From the human T2T-CHM13v2.0 reference genome, Homo sapiens: a stretch of DNA of 64,000 nucleotides. The DNA lies in assembly GCF_009914755.1 (NCBI RefSeq), contig NC_060925.1. One strand, given 5' to 3'. Made by a program: the position numbers and the translations under genes. This document shows, piece after piece, positions 1-14,048 of this stretch (position 1 is its first letter; each line of letters opens with the position of its first letter). The notes under the pieces are model-generated. The model saw only the letters and a program-made list of their open reading frames with translations, was not told the origin of the DNA and did no database searches.

Positions 1-14
1 GCAGGCTTGTTCAT

Positions 15-148
15 ATCCAGCTCTGCCACTTGAAGTCATAGAAGATTGGACAAGATACTTAATCCCACTTCTGCATGTCAGTTTCTATATCTGAATAATG
101 AGAATATAGTAATTTTTTGCTGGGTAGTTACTAGGATTAAATGAAGTA
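15..148 (+). mobile_element. MIR SINE fragment
   Basis: ccagctctgccactt...ttggacaagatacttaa...cagtttctatatctg..aatgagaat...aggattaaatga resembles the MIR core. Confidence 0.6.
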
Positions 149-844
149 AAAAAAAAAATTTCTGTGGATTACACATATACACATAAATCAAGTGCCTCTC
201 TAGCATGAAGATCAGCCCATAAGCCAAAGACTAAGTTTTAGCCTCATTCTTCATTTCCCCTTCATATACCGGCTTATATACTTTTTCCTACACATTTTTA
301 TGCTTTGTATGCTTTTTGAAAATGATAAGATAGCAGTTGTCAAAACTGTACTAATCAGTGTAAGACATTCTGAGAATTTCTGATGTTAAGTGTTTGACCA
401 TTTCTTATAAAACAAAAAGATTGTGTTTCAACTTGCAAGCCATATATACTTATGTTGCTCTAACATAATCTAACATAATGATTGTGTTTTAAATGACATT
501 ATTCTGCTGATTGATTTTCAGATTGTGAATTACTGCGACTCTTTTAGTCTGTATTCTGTTTGCTAATCTTATCCTATTCTCTATCATTGTTCTTTTAATT
601 ATATTAAATTTATTTCCTTTACTTTTTCACCATTGAATTTTATCTTTTTAAGTGGAATATTTATGTAAACATTACTTTGATTCAATTCCCATTTTCCGTG
701 GGATTGACAACCTTCCTCGTGTGCAGTACTAATGTGTATATACTCAATTTCATTTTGGGGGGGCATTGATGAAAGCATTAACATAATTCCCTGTGAACTT
801 GCTTTACTAAATCCATCTTGTATATAAATATTGTAAAAGTTTTT

Positions 845-1166
<322 letters not shown>

Positions 1167-3124
1167 AGTATTCTAAAAGTTTTAGGGATTTAAAATTACC
1201 AGTATTCTATTCATTCTTATAACATTAAATTTGAATGGTTTACCTATACTTATTCATGTAATCCTCCTACTTTTGCATCCCTGTTAGTTTCCTATAGGCA
1301 TATCTATGAAGCAATAATTTCTTAGGTAAATAAGTATGTTGAGCCTCCTGTATAGTTTTAACTAGAAGAATAGAACCATGAAGTATATCAGTCAGAATTT
1401 CTTCAAGTATAACTTCTAATGAGAATAAAACAGAAGAGATCTAATATAGGAAAGCTGATTACATTTGATTATACAGTAATTCATTAAGCATCTTTTAAGA
1501 CTGTATATAGAATCAAACTAGATATACTTTGGAGTTATACAAAAGATGATGACACAGCCTGCTCTTGCAAATCCTGTAGCATAGTTGAGGACCTGTATAT
1601 GTACATAGTTGAGCAAACAAAGTTACACTGGTAAGAGCCATCCTAATGGGAAATTCTATCAGAAAGGATAAAAAGGAGTGCCTTCTGAATCTGATTTGAC
1701 ATGTAGGATTTTTTCGGTTCTTAGGCAAGGAGGCTAGAGGAGAGTAGGCACAGTATTTTTCTTTTATGGTAAACATTTGCTTTTTAAATTTTCCTTTTGT
1801 ATGTTATTTTGTTAAGCCTGGCCCTTTTTGGCCAAGAGCATCCTTGATTATTTTCTCATGTATAATTTAAGTTAAAAGTCTTCCAGAGGATTGTGATTAG
1901 CTTGGTGCATTTATTATTTCACTTCTTTAACCATCTTTGGGTCTGAATTTCAACCAACACAATGAGAGGATTTGTGTAAATGATTTCTAAGGCCCCTTTA
2001 GCTCAAATTTGGTGCAAAGCAGATATTATTTCTCTCTGGAATCAGTGTGCAAACATTTCTTTCTAGCCTGGTTGATTAAGACAATAAAGGAACCCTTTTT
2101 GGCTTTTTAAATTTTTGTTAATTATTGTTTTCTCCTTTGGTACAGTCTATCATGACTTCTTCCACCCAGGTTTTCTGTGATGTTTTAAGTGTTTGTATTG
2201 AACTTTAGAGATCTTTATATAATAAATATAAAAGTTCTAAGTTTCCCAGTCATTCATGTTAATATCCTTTTTGCAAAAGCACAGAAAGGAAAAAAAGCAC
2301 TCTCTTACTCTTTTTCTTCATTGCTTCATTACTAAAAGGCTCCAAGAAAATTTAGGAGCAGGTTTCACATAAAAAGGAAATGAGGTTTTTTTTAAAGTAA
2401 AGGTTGAATCTTAACTGAAGGAGACAGATTTCTTTCTTTTTTTTTTTTCAAATAAATCCTAGACAACGTTGAATGATTTAAGAATTAATGTTGAAAGAAG
2501 CTTTCCCTGGAAAAGATTTAGAATAGTTTTTTTGCTTTTTTTAGCTATAGGAATTTGAAACTAAAGATCAAATTTAGAAAAAGACAATAAATGATCTAAA
2601 TTTAGCACATAAAATATTTGTGTAGTTTCTAAAGTGTGAATATGTTTTTATGCAGTTACAAGGTGTGAATGAAAATTAATATGTAGAATGTGTGCCTTTC
2701 CTGAATATTTGTAGATTTTGAGTACAACTGATATAATATTGCAAGTATTTTTCTATTGTGCATTTTGTTTACTTGTATTATTAATTGATATTATTCCATT
2801 ATTCCTTAGAAAATATTTTAAATTTGCCCTCAGTGAGACATTTGCTTAAGTCAGTAATAGGTCTGCAATTTAGTGTCAGGCTTGAAATGTGACCTAGTGC
2901 GGCTCAGGAGACGGGGTATTAGGGTTGGTAGATTGCCCGTGAAAGTCTTTGCAAAGCCAAAAATTCATGGATGAAGCCAAATTCAGGAGCTTTGTCATAA
3001 TTAGACAGTAGAGTTCAGAGTGTGGTTTCTTGATACATTCTTTGTGGTGCTTTCCTTTTGCCCTTGATTGCTTGTTTTCCCGCAGTAATGGTTACTCTCT
3101 CTCAGGTTATTTGAGGAGTAAGTA

Positions 3125-3270
3125 ACCGTATTCTAAATGTGGTTGGTGAAACAGCAGCATCAGCATCACCTGAGAGCTAGGTGGAAATGCAGAATATCAG
3201 ACCTACTGAATCAGTATCTTCTTTTTAACAAGATCATCAGGTGGTGCACATAAAATTTAAGAAGTACTGC
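3125..3270. mobile_element. MER5-type hAT-Charlie DNA transposon fragment
   Basis: cagcagcatcagcatcacctgagagct...aaatgcagaat...acctactgaatcag...tttaacaagatc...tttaagaagtactg. Confidence 0.75.
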
Positions 3271-3415
3271 ACCAACAGATTGGGAAGAATAGAGAGAGAG
3301 ATCTCACTGAGAACAGGAAATAATATCAAGTGAAAAAGACAGTGGGCAGGCTGAACACCAACTTCAAAAACAAATCCCCAAACAGAAACAAAGCCTTTTA
3401 AAGAATGTACAACAG

Positions 3416-3687
3416 GCCTGTAATCCCAGCACTTTGGAAGGCTGAGGCAGGTGGATCACTTGAGGCCAGGCGTTCGAGACCAGCCTGGCCAACATGGTGA
3501 AACTGCATCTCTACTAAAAATACAAAAAATAAAAAAATAAAAAAATTAGCCAGGTGTGGTGGCACATGCCAGTAACCCCAGCTACTCAGGAGGCTGAGGC
3601 ACAAGGTTATCGTTTGAGCCTGGGAGATCGAGCTTGCAGTGAGCCGAGATCGTGTCACTGCACTCCAGCCTTGGTGACAGAGCGAGA
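3416..3687 (+). mobile_element. Alu, slightly 5'-truncated
   Basis: gcctgtaatcccagcactttgg...gacagagcgaga. Confidence 0.93.
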
Positions 3688-5471
3688 ACAACAATAGTAA
3701 GTAGGTTTTAACTAGTGTGCCAATTCTAATCCATGCGTAGTGGCTGCCAAGAGCATTGTATTGAGAAGAGTTGTGAGACTGTGGGATTAACAGAGATGCC
3801 TGCCGTGGACTTGACCAGTTGAGTGATATGTACTTGCCACCTCTGCTTTTGAAGATTGTTGGGTCATCATGTACTCCTGCCTCTCTTCCCTTGTCTTTAG
3901 TCCTGGTATAGATGAATACAACCATTCTTTGCCTCTCTTAGCATCTTCTGCTATAATTGCTAATAAATGTAAGTGAAAATCTTACTTTTCCATCAAGGAA
4001 CTCAATCATATTACCTAGAAATACATTGCTTCTCCCGTCGCGCTTCATAGCGCAATGGGCCAAGTTTCCCCTAACAACATTCTATTATTTCATAAGTAAG
4101 ATTTAATCCCCTCTTATCTATTACCTACTTTTGCTAACCTTGCTGCGTCTCAGTTTTCTCATCTAAAAAAAAAAGTTGGACTTGATCTCTAAGGTCTCTT
4201 TCTGCTCTTAAAATTCTGTGGATTTGTATGTCCTTTTGCCATCTGAAGAAAGGAGTAGATCTATAGGATTCTACCCAATTTAAGCACTACATATGAGAAA
4301 TACAATTTTTTTATTGATGATTTTATTTCATGGTCTTTCTTTGTTCGTTTCTGTGATCTCAAACTTTTATAGATGGTTAAAGTAAAAAGAGAACTTTAAT
4401 GATCACTTTGCCTTTGGTCATTTGTCCTTCAATTTCCCCATTCCTGTCTTTGCAAGAGTAACCTTACTAAATCACTGTTTTCATTGGGTTATTTCTCATA
4501 GAAAGACTTGTTGTCTAGACTTCGGAGACTGTATAGTCAAGACTTTTCTTCTCGGCATTCAAGGCCTGTGAAAACTGACCCTAAGTATATAATTTTATTT
4601 TCCTCTGTTCTCCAATTTGAACAACTTTTCCCCAACAGGCTAATGCTTTCCAATTGTATACAGTATAGAATAACTTTTTCCTAATCTAATTTCCACATAA
4701 CATTTAAAATCACCTTTAGTCCCACATCTTTCTGAGACCACAGTTTTTCATACACTAATGATGTATCTATGTAGTCCCGTATTTTTAAGAGAGTGTTTTA
4801 TTGTTATTTAACTGTTCATGTATTTGTCTTATCTTCTCAAATGGTGAACTTCTTGAGGTTAGACTGAGCCTTTTGATAATTTATAGCCCTTTCAGTTATC
4901 ATGCACATAGTGGGTGCACAGTAATTATTTGTTGAAAGATGCAATAGAGATTTCATAGTTTGCTTTCTTTGCTCTTTAAATTGCCAAAGTGAACAAATAA
5001 CTTTCTTTGGAAACTGAAAGAAACAGTGACATCTGTGAATAAGGAGGTATAAATAGGAGATAGGGATGTTGGAGATACTTGGCCATATTTTCTAAGACAA
5101 ATGTAATGGATTAAATATCATTTAAAGTATTCTTTTTTCCCTCCTTATGACTTTTCCTTAGCATTCCTTTTGCCAAAATCACAAGCAGTTCTTACTTGTT
5201 CTTGTAGCAAGAGGCAGCAGCAGAAAAGAATTTTTAATTTTCAGAATGTGTTGGTTAGTAAAAGGATTGCAAGCTTTAGAATAGTAGTTGGAGTTCTTCC
5301 ACTGTCTCTCTTCCTGACCACAGACAAACACTCCAGCATTCTGAGAATCCCTTTATTCATCTGTAAAATGGGAATTATATAATACCAACTTCCTGTAAGT
5401 ACATCACCTGGTATGGGGTGAAGAATAGAGATGAAACAATATAAATGAAGATAGAAAAGACTGTTTCTACT

Positions 5472-5808
<337 letters not shown>

Positions 5809-7483
5809 TTATAACACTAAAATATCTTGCTAAATGTTTTTATATCCCTAAAAAGGTTCCCCTTAGTTTTTAAGCTTATAGGGAGGCAGAAATATATCCG
5901 TTTTTTTTATGGTACCTAGCTCAGCACCTCATGAATTGAGACATTAAATAAATATTTTTGAAATGTATCTAAGAAGCATAAATTAAATCAATTTAAAGGT
6001 TATTATCTAGTCTAATTGTCACTATCACCAACTTTCTCAAGCATCTTTAGAAATAAAAAGTCTCTTTTAAAACTTAAACATCATTTCAGGTACAGTTAAA
6101 TTATTATTTGCTTGCTAAATCTGAAAACAAAACAAAAAAATTGAAAAGAATTAGAATTGCTGCTTTTAGAAAAATTCACAAATGGTAGTTTTCCCAGTTG
6201 TAAATGACACCTAATTTTCCAAGTAACCTCCCTCCCTAGATTCCCTCCTTTCTCTCTCCTCTCCTCATTTCTGCTCTCCCTCACATTTTCCAACTAACTA
6301 AATACTAGCAATATGCTAGGCACTGTGAATATAGACATGACTAAGGCACATTTCTATTCTCAAGGAGCTGCCTGTCTGGTGATGTTGGTCTGTACAGGAA
6401 CTTCAAGTATCAAAAATGGTATCTCAATAATTCCCTTACCATGGTGTTTGATCAGGATATTTTATCTTCCATTCATAGGGTCAGAATGTTTCCGCTGTAT
6501 TCTAATAGATTTTTGATAGCAATAAGGTCTGCTCTAAGTAAGTAATAAGGCTTTGTGTCTCCTGTTGTCCTTTGCAGCATCACCATTTTAATACAGGATC
6601 AATGTAGCAGTACTTTATAGTTGTAAATGTCGTATGGAGGTGCCCTTAGAATTTATCTAATTTAATGGCTTATATTACTGATAGGGAAAAACTAAAACTA
6701 ATAAATGGAAGTTGGGATTATTTTAAAATTGTGTGCAGAATTTAAATCTTCCTTCCTATGTTCACTGATTTTTTAAATCTTTTTTGTAGCTAACAGACTG
6801 TTTTCCACATCACAGATATTCAAATATTTGAAGAAAAATTTCTTTCTCTTACAAATCATCTCTTAAACAGGCTCAGTTTTAGTAATTATTGGTTATATGA
6901 TGAAGCTTCTTAATTTTTCACAATTATTGGTAATTTTTCTGGTTGAATTTGAATGGACCAGTCCCTCTGAAAACACATAATACATAAAGTAACAATTATA
7001 GAACTGTAGCTTTATGATGAGAGAGAATGGCTTGTGCCCCTCCCTCCCCATGTGTGCTTATTATTATATTGTTTTTTAGTTCCCCCACTTCCAAATTACT
7101 CTTGAGGTGTCTGGGTTAAATATAAGACTGGGATTGATTGTTGGCCCAGTTATCCATTTGTTACAAAGTTTTATGATAGCTGTATGGTCTGAATTGAATT
7201 ATTGCTCTAGAAACTGCCAGCTCATTAATTTTTCTTTTTAAAATTTTTTCAATGTTATGATTTATTTACTTGCAACTTTTTTCTTGCTTTTTCTTTTTGA
7301 TTTTCTTTAGTTTTTATTTTTAAAAATTTTATATTACAGACAAACAGAAACTTCTTCCTTTCATCTTTCCATTCTCTGATTTATGATGAATTTACTTTCC
7401 TTTGGCCTGGCATTTGCTTCAGCAGGCAGCCTTCCTTCAAGTACCTCCCTGATTGATGTATAATCTTTGATATCTTCCATTAG

Positions 7484-7576
7484 CCTCCAGGATCACTAAG
7501 TTCAAGGCCCCTTTGGAACCTAAGGAGCCCTGCCGAGGAGCTGAAGGCCTTCAGAGTCCTTGGGGTGATTGACAAG
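7484..7576 (+). CDS. RPS6KC1: RPS6KC1 internal coding exon (93 nt, phase 0/0): PPGSLSSRPLWNLRSPAEELKAFRVLGVIDK
   Basis: Acceptor tcttccattag|CCT, donor AAG|gtaatt. Open frame recognised as RPS6KC1 just before and at the start of its kinase-like domain; joins in frame to the next two exons. Confidence 0.93.
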
Positions 7577-7949
7577 GTAATTCTTCAGTGTCTCTTCAAG
7601 AGTTCAGTCATAAATCGACTGCATGCTGACATTCTGTCTTTGAAGCTTTGGATCTTAAGGATATGAAACAAAAGGAGAAAATGACTCAAATGCATGTGCA
7701 CTTTACAATAACAAAAGCAAAAGAGAAAAAGCTTTTATCTGAGCAATTCATGTAAGGTCATGCAAAATATATTTGAGCTAAAGGAGAAGGCGCATATTTG
7801 TTGGCATTCAGTTGAGTAAGGGGTTTGGTTTTATAGAAGTGTTATAGCAGAGTAAAGATGTATTGTGTTAATAACAATTGTGAGCCAGTAGTTGTTCAAC
7901 ATTAATTAATACGGTCATTGTAATGGTCAAAAAAGTGGAATCCCCTTGT

Positions 7950-8150
7950 AATTACCATTTACTGAGCACCTACTATATGTCGGACCCTATGTTAGGCATT
8001 TTATATGATACAATCTTTCTTACAATTGTATTTGCATCTTGGTGGAAAAGTGATGTTTAGAGCAGATTAAATAACTTGGCCCAAAGTCACATAGCTAATT
8101 TAGGATGGTGCTGGGATTTGAACATTACTTTTTTTGACTCAAAAGCTGTA
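7950..8150 (-). mobile_element. MIR fragment
   Basis: catttactgagcacctactatatg...ttaaataacttggcccaaagtcacatagcta...ctgggatttgaac. Confidence 0.7.
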
Positions 8151-8992
8151 CTTTTTCTAGTACACTAACCCCTCACTTCACACCCACATGCATTTTAATT
8201 TTAGGGGTAAAAATACTGGCCTCACAGAGTTATCTGCCATTGTGTATGTGCAAATTTGGTGACATCTCACGCCAAATATTAACAGTACTGTTCCTATCAG
8301 ATGGTTTACAAGTGTAATTTAAAAGCCACAGACAACAAACCATGTTTTAAGTATATTTGCTCAACCACCGCTTTACCATTCAAAGTAAATAAAATGCTTT
8401 ATTTAATATTAAGGGATAGGTTAATTTAGATATTTTTTCACCATTAACCATTTTTTATGAAGCACCTTAATGTTCATTTTTAACTTACTATACATTATTT
8501 GTGAAGTATGCGTGTGATTCCATCCTAAAATTGAGCAATATGTAGTATTCTCTAGCAATTTAGACAGTAAAAGTTTGAAGCATTCCAAAGGGAACATTAA
8601 GTTGGATATTACATAAAGCTGTCGGTGTCTTAAGTTCTGGCAAGGATCATTTTTCTCAAATTCATATTACTGAATTTTGAACTTAAAAAATTCTAAGTAG
8701 TAGGATTTTTCTTTTTTTAAGAGCCTGAAATATTTTCATAACCGTGTTTTCTGTGGCTTTTCCAGTTTGGAAAACATTCAGTTTGAGAGTAGATGAAGAC
8801 AATATAGTAATTGAGTAGTTTCTAGGTTCTCAGATTTCTTTGCAGGCAAGTATACCTTCTTGAGGTACAGTGTCTGCCCCCTCTCTTAGATCTATTTCTT
8901 TGACAAAGTATGGCCTTTCATTGCTATGCTATAAGTGTGAGTAAGTTACCTTGAAGTCCTAGTAATAGCTAGTAGTCTCACAGGTTTGTTTA

Positions 8993-9746
<754 letters not shown>

Positions 9747-9802
9747 TTACTTACTCTGTTTAGCTGGGAAAAATGTTTGGTGTTTAGAAGGTGACATTTA
9801 AC

Positions 9803-10103
<301 letters not shown>

Positions 10104-10149
10104 TAACTTTTCTTAGTAGAGATAAGGGAATATGTATTTGGGGAATTAA

Positions 10150-10566
<417 letters not shown>

Positions 10567-10857
10567 TTACTTTCTGTTGTACTGAGGACTACCTAAAATT
10601 TGGGTTTTAGAAACTTGAAGTATGGAAAATAAATGTTGAATAAATTCAAAAGGTTAGAAAATAGCCAGGATATATTGATCTAGTCCTACAGAACACAGTT
10701 TCTTTGATTCTGTTTCATTACAGTATTTGGTTTTTATGAGTTATTTTGAGTGCTATCTATTAACCTAGGAAAAATACAGTTCTGAATTGAACTGCATTAG
10801 GATTAGGATTTCACAAACTTTTATGTAGAAAAAAATAAAGCAGATTTTTTATTAATA

Positions 10858-10980
10858 TCTAGACTGTAAGCTCTGTGAAAACAAAATTGTGTCTTTCTTG
10901 GTCACCACTATGTTCTCAGTACCTAGAATCGCTTGGCACATAATGGGTGCTCAATAAATATTTGTTGAATAAATGAATTG
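10858..10980 (+). mobile_element. L2 3' end
   Basis: tagactgtaagctc...ttggcacataatgggtgctcaataaatatttgttgaataaatgaat. Confidence 0.8.
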
Positions 10981-13293
10981 AAACTTAATTAATTTTAAAT
11001 ATATATAGAATGACATCTACTGGTACAATATGAGACTGCTACCTGGTACGATTGTATGAGGTGACAACTCAGAAAGTGTTTACCCAGAGGGATAGTAATT
11101 CCATAGCTGTATGTTGATTTAGTATTCAAAGAGAAGTAAATGACTTTCTGTTCTTCAATTGGGATTATAAAATCCCTCATTAACATAGATATGCAAAAAT
11201 TGTATATGAAGAATAGCCAGAAAACAAGGAAATGTTTAACCTGATTAAAAAAAAATGTGTAGTCTTCAAATAGTTGAGGGCTGTCTTGAATAGGGGAACT
11301 GTATAATGTTTTCTCTAATCTTGAGGGTGAAAAGGGCTATTAATTGTGTCAGAACAACAAGTGCAAACTAAAATCATCTCAGTTAAACCAGGAAGTCTGG
11401 TTTCTCTGTGAAAAAGGTAGTTAGGGAAGAGACTTGCATGCTAATATCCTCATAGGATATAACTAGAACCAAATTAGTACAAATTCAAGAGAAACAAATT
11501 ATTGCTCATGATAAGAAATACCTTTTGAGAATTAGCATATTGACCAAAGGTGTGCTAGATTCCTTTAGATCTTAAGAGTTTCTTGTCATTTGAGACATTC
11601 AAGTGAAGGCTGAAAGATTGATCATTGGGATGCTATAGAATGAACTGGATGGAATTTTACATTAGATAACTTTTAATTATTTCTTTGATCCTGCAGGTTT
11701 ATTTACATAGTCTTTGTGTAGCAATAGCAGGGGAGAGAAGAAATTAGCGGAAAAAAAACTCTGATGGGATGAGGAGGATGCATTACTATTATTTTAATAT
11801 AAGTTTTTATAGACATGGGTGCAATTCTTTTTGTTGTATTTGTGTGGTACGAATATACGGGATGTGCTTATATTTGTATGTGTATAAAGATTGTTTATAT
11901 ATGGTAATTTGTAATTGGGTTAGAAGAGTCTAGATTGGTAGTTTGGTAGTAGAATGCCCAAGTGCTAAGAGAGTTTCTGAGAAAGATCACTGTTGTATAA
12001 CTTCTCTATAAAAAGTATAAAGGAGCCCATAGTTTAGTATACAGTAACGTACCAATGTTACTTTCCTGGTTTTGATATTGAATTAGAACTATATAAGGTG
12101 TCACCACTGGGGGAAGCTGGGTGAAGGGTACATGAGACTCTTTGTACTGCAGCCTCCTGTGAGTTAAAACAAGAAAAGGGTAAGGGGAACATTGATGACT
12201 TGAAACCCAGAGTATACTAAGATTTGATTCCCTCATGGCCAGTTAACTCTTCTGGTTTGTGAGTAGCCTGAGTCATTCTGTGTGTACATGTGTGTATGGT
12301 ATTCACAAGGAAGATCGGTGAAGATCGTATATCTGGATCGCCCAAATTTATTGTCACTGAAAAACAACTTAAATATGCTTTGCAAGTCATCGTTATAAGA
12401 GATGCCACACACTTTGTAAGTCTATGACTATTTACTAGGTCAGATGCCTTCACATTTTGTAATCAAGATAGCTTCCCAACTTTATCTGATGCCTGCCAGG
12501 CAGAATTCTTAAGTTGACTTGCCATTGGAAAAATGTAGGCATTTCTATTCTGTAGCTAAAATATAATTGAGAAAATGTGTGGAAATTGCTCAAATTGAGT
12601 AGCTGTTGAAAAACTGGTACTTATTTTTTAAGGTACCTAAGTAATATCTTCTCTGATAATATGTGGAAAAACATGTATTTGGAACACAGAAGCATCAATA
12701 TTCAGGTATTTGCTCATTAAGGGAACACTGGATTGAACTGGATTAAATCAAAAGGACATAGCACAACATTTTTTAAGTGCTAAAAGGAAAGAACTATCAA
12801 CCAGAATTCTATATCCTGTGAAAATACCTTTCAAGAGTTAAGGGAAAATAAAGGTATTCTCAGATGAAGAAATGCAAAGAGAATTTGTTGCTGACCAGCC
12901 TACCCTAAAAGAATAAAGTGCATTCTCTAAACAAAGTGGAAACAATACATGCAAGAATCTTGTCACGTTAGGAAGAAAGAAAGAACATTGGAGAGGGTAA
13001 AATACAAGTAAATACAATGGACTTTCTTTCTCTTTAGTTTTGGAAATTATCTTTTATGGTTGAAGCAAAAATTCTAACACTCTCTGATGTAGTTCTAAGT
13101 TTATGCAGAGAAAATATTTAAGGCAATTATAAATGAGGGAGAGTAAAGGGACATAAAGGAAGGTAAAGTTTTTATGCTTAGCTTGAAATGGTAAAATGAT
13201 GACACCAGTAGTTTGCATGAGTTATGTATATATAATATAACTAGAGCAACCACTAAAAAGCTTTTTAAAGTATACACTAAAAAATGCTATATA

Positions 13294-13585
13294 GGTTGGG
13301 TGCAGTGGCTCACATCTGTAATTCCAGCACTTTGGGAAACTGAGGTGGGTGGATCACCTGAGGTCAGGAATTTGAGACCAGCCTGGCCAACATGGTGAAA
13401 ACCTGTCTCTACTAAAAATACAAAAATTAACCAGCATGGTGGTGCACGACTGTAGTCCCAGCTACTCAGGAGGCTGAGGCATGAGAATCGCTTAAATCTG
13501 GGAGGCAAAGGTTATAGTGAAATGAGATCATGCCACCGCACTCCAGCCTGAGCAACAGAGTGAGACTCCATCTCAAACAAACAAA
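13294..13585 (+). mobile_element. AluS inserted in L1M
   Basis: Full dimer; TSD aaaaatgctatata/aaaaatactgtaga. Confidence 0.95.
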
Positions 13586-13806
13586 AAATACTGTAGATAA
13601 ACCAAAATGGAATTCTAAAAAATGTTCAAATAACCCACAAAAATTCAGGAAAATGGAAACAGAGAGAACAAACAGAACGCAAAATATAACATGCAAACTT
13701 AAGCCCTAACACATTATAAATATACCAGTTAAAAAAACAGAGATTGATATTGGTTTAAAGATATGACCCAACTTTATGGTGTTTATAAGAAACTCACTTC
13801 AAACAT

Positions 13807-14048
13807 AATATAATGAGATATATATATGATATATATACATATATCATGATACATATATATCGATATATATGATATATATATTTTATATATCACATGTTTG
13901 AAGTGAGTTTCTTATATATCATGATTTATATATCATGATATATATGTATATATATCATATATGATGCATATATATGACGTATATATCATATATATATCAT
14001 GATATATATCATGTTTGAAGTTTCTTATATATCATGATATATATATAT
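13807..14048. repeat. AT-rich low-complexity (ATATC/ATG)n expansion containing inverted copies of the flank
   Basis: Directly visible in the sequence; see findings. Confidence 0.9.

Noticed and set aside
4033-4060. Small CpG cluster with a GCGCT/AGCGC mini-hairpin
   Set aside because: Too short for a CpG island, with no clear motif or RNA-gene match.
8830-8852. tttctttgcag|gcaagt as a recursive splice site
   Set aside because: GC rather than GT donor and a short tract. I found no strong (Y)nAG|GTRAG site in the long intron by eye.
11260-11690. Possible L3/CR1 remnants
   Set aside because: Similarity is too weak to call without a profile search.
12309-12342. Repeated GATCG, including AGATCGG resembling a sequencing adapter
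   Set aside because: It does not continue as AGATCGGAAGAGC; it is a short local duplication.
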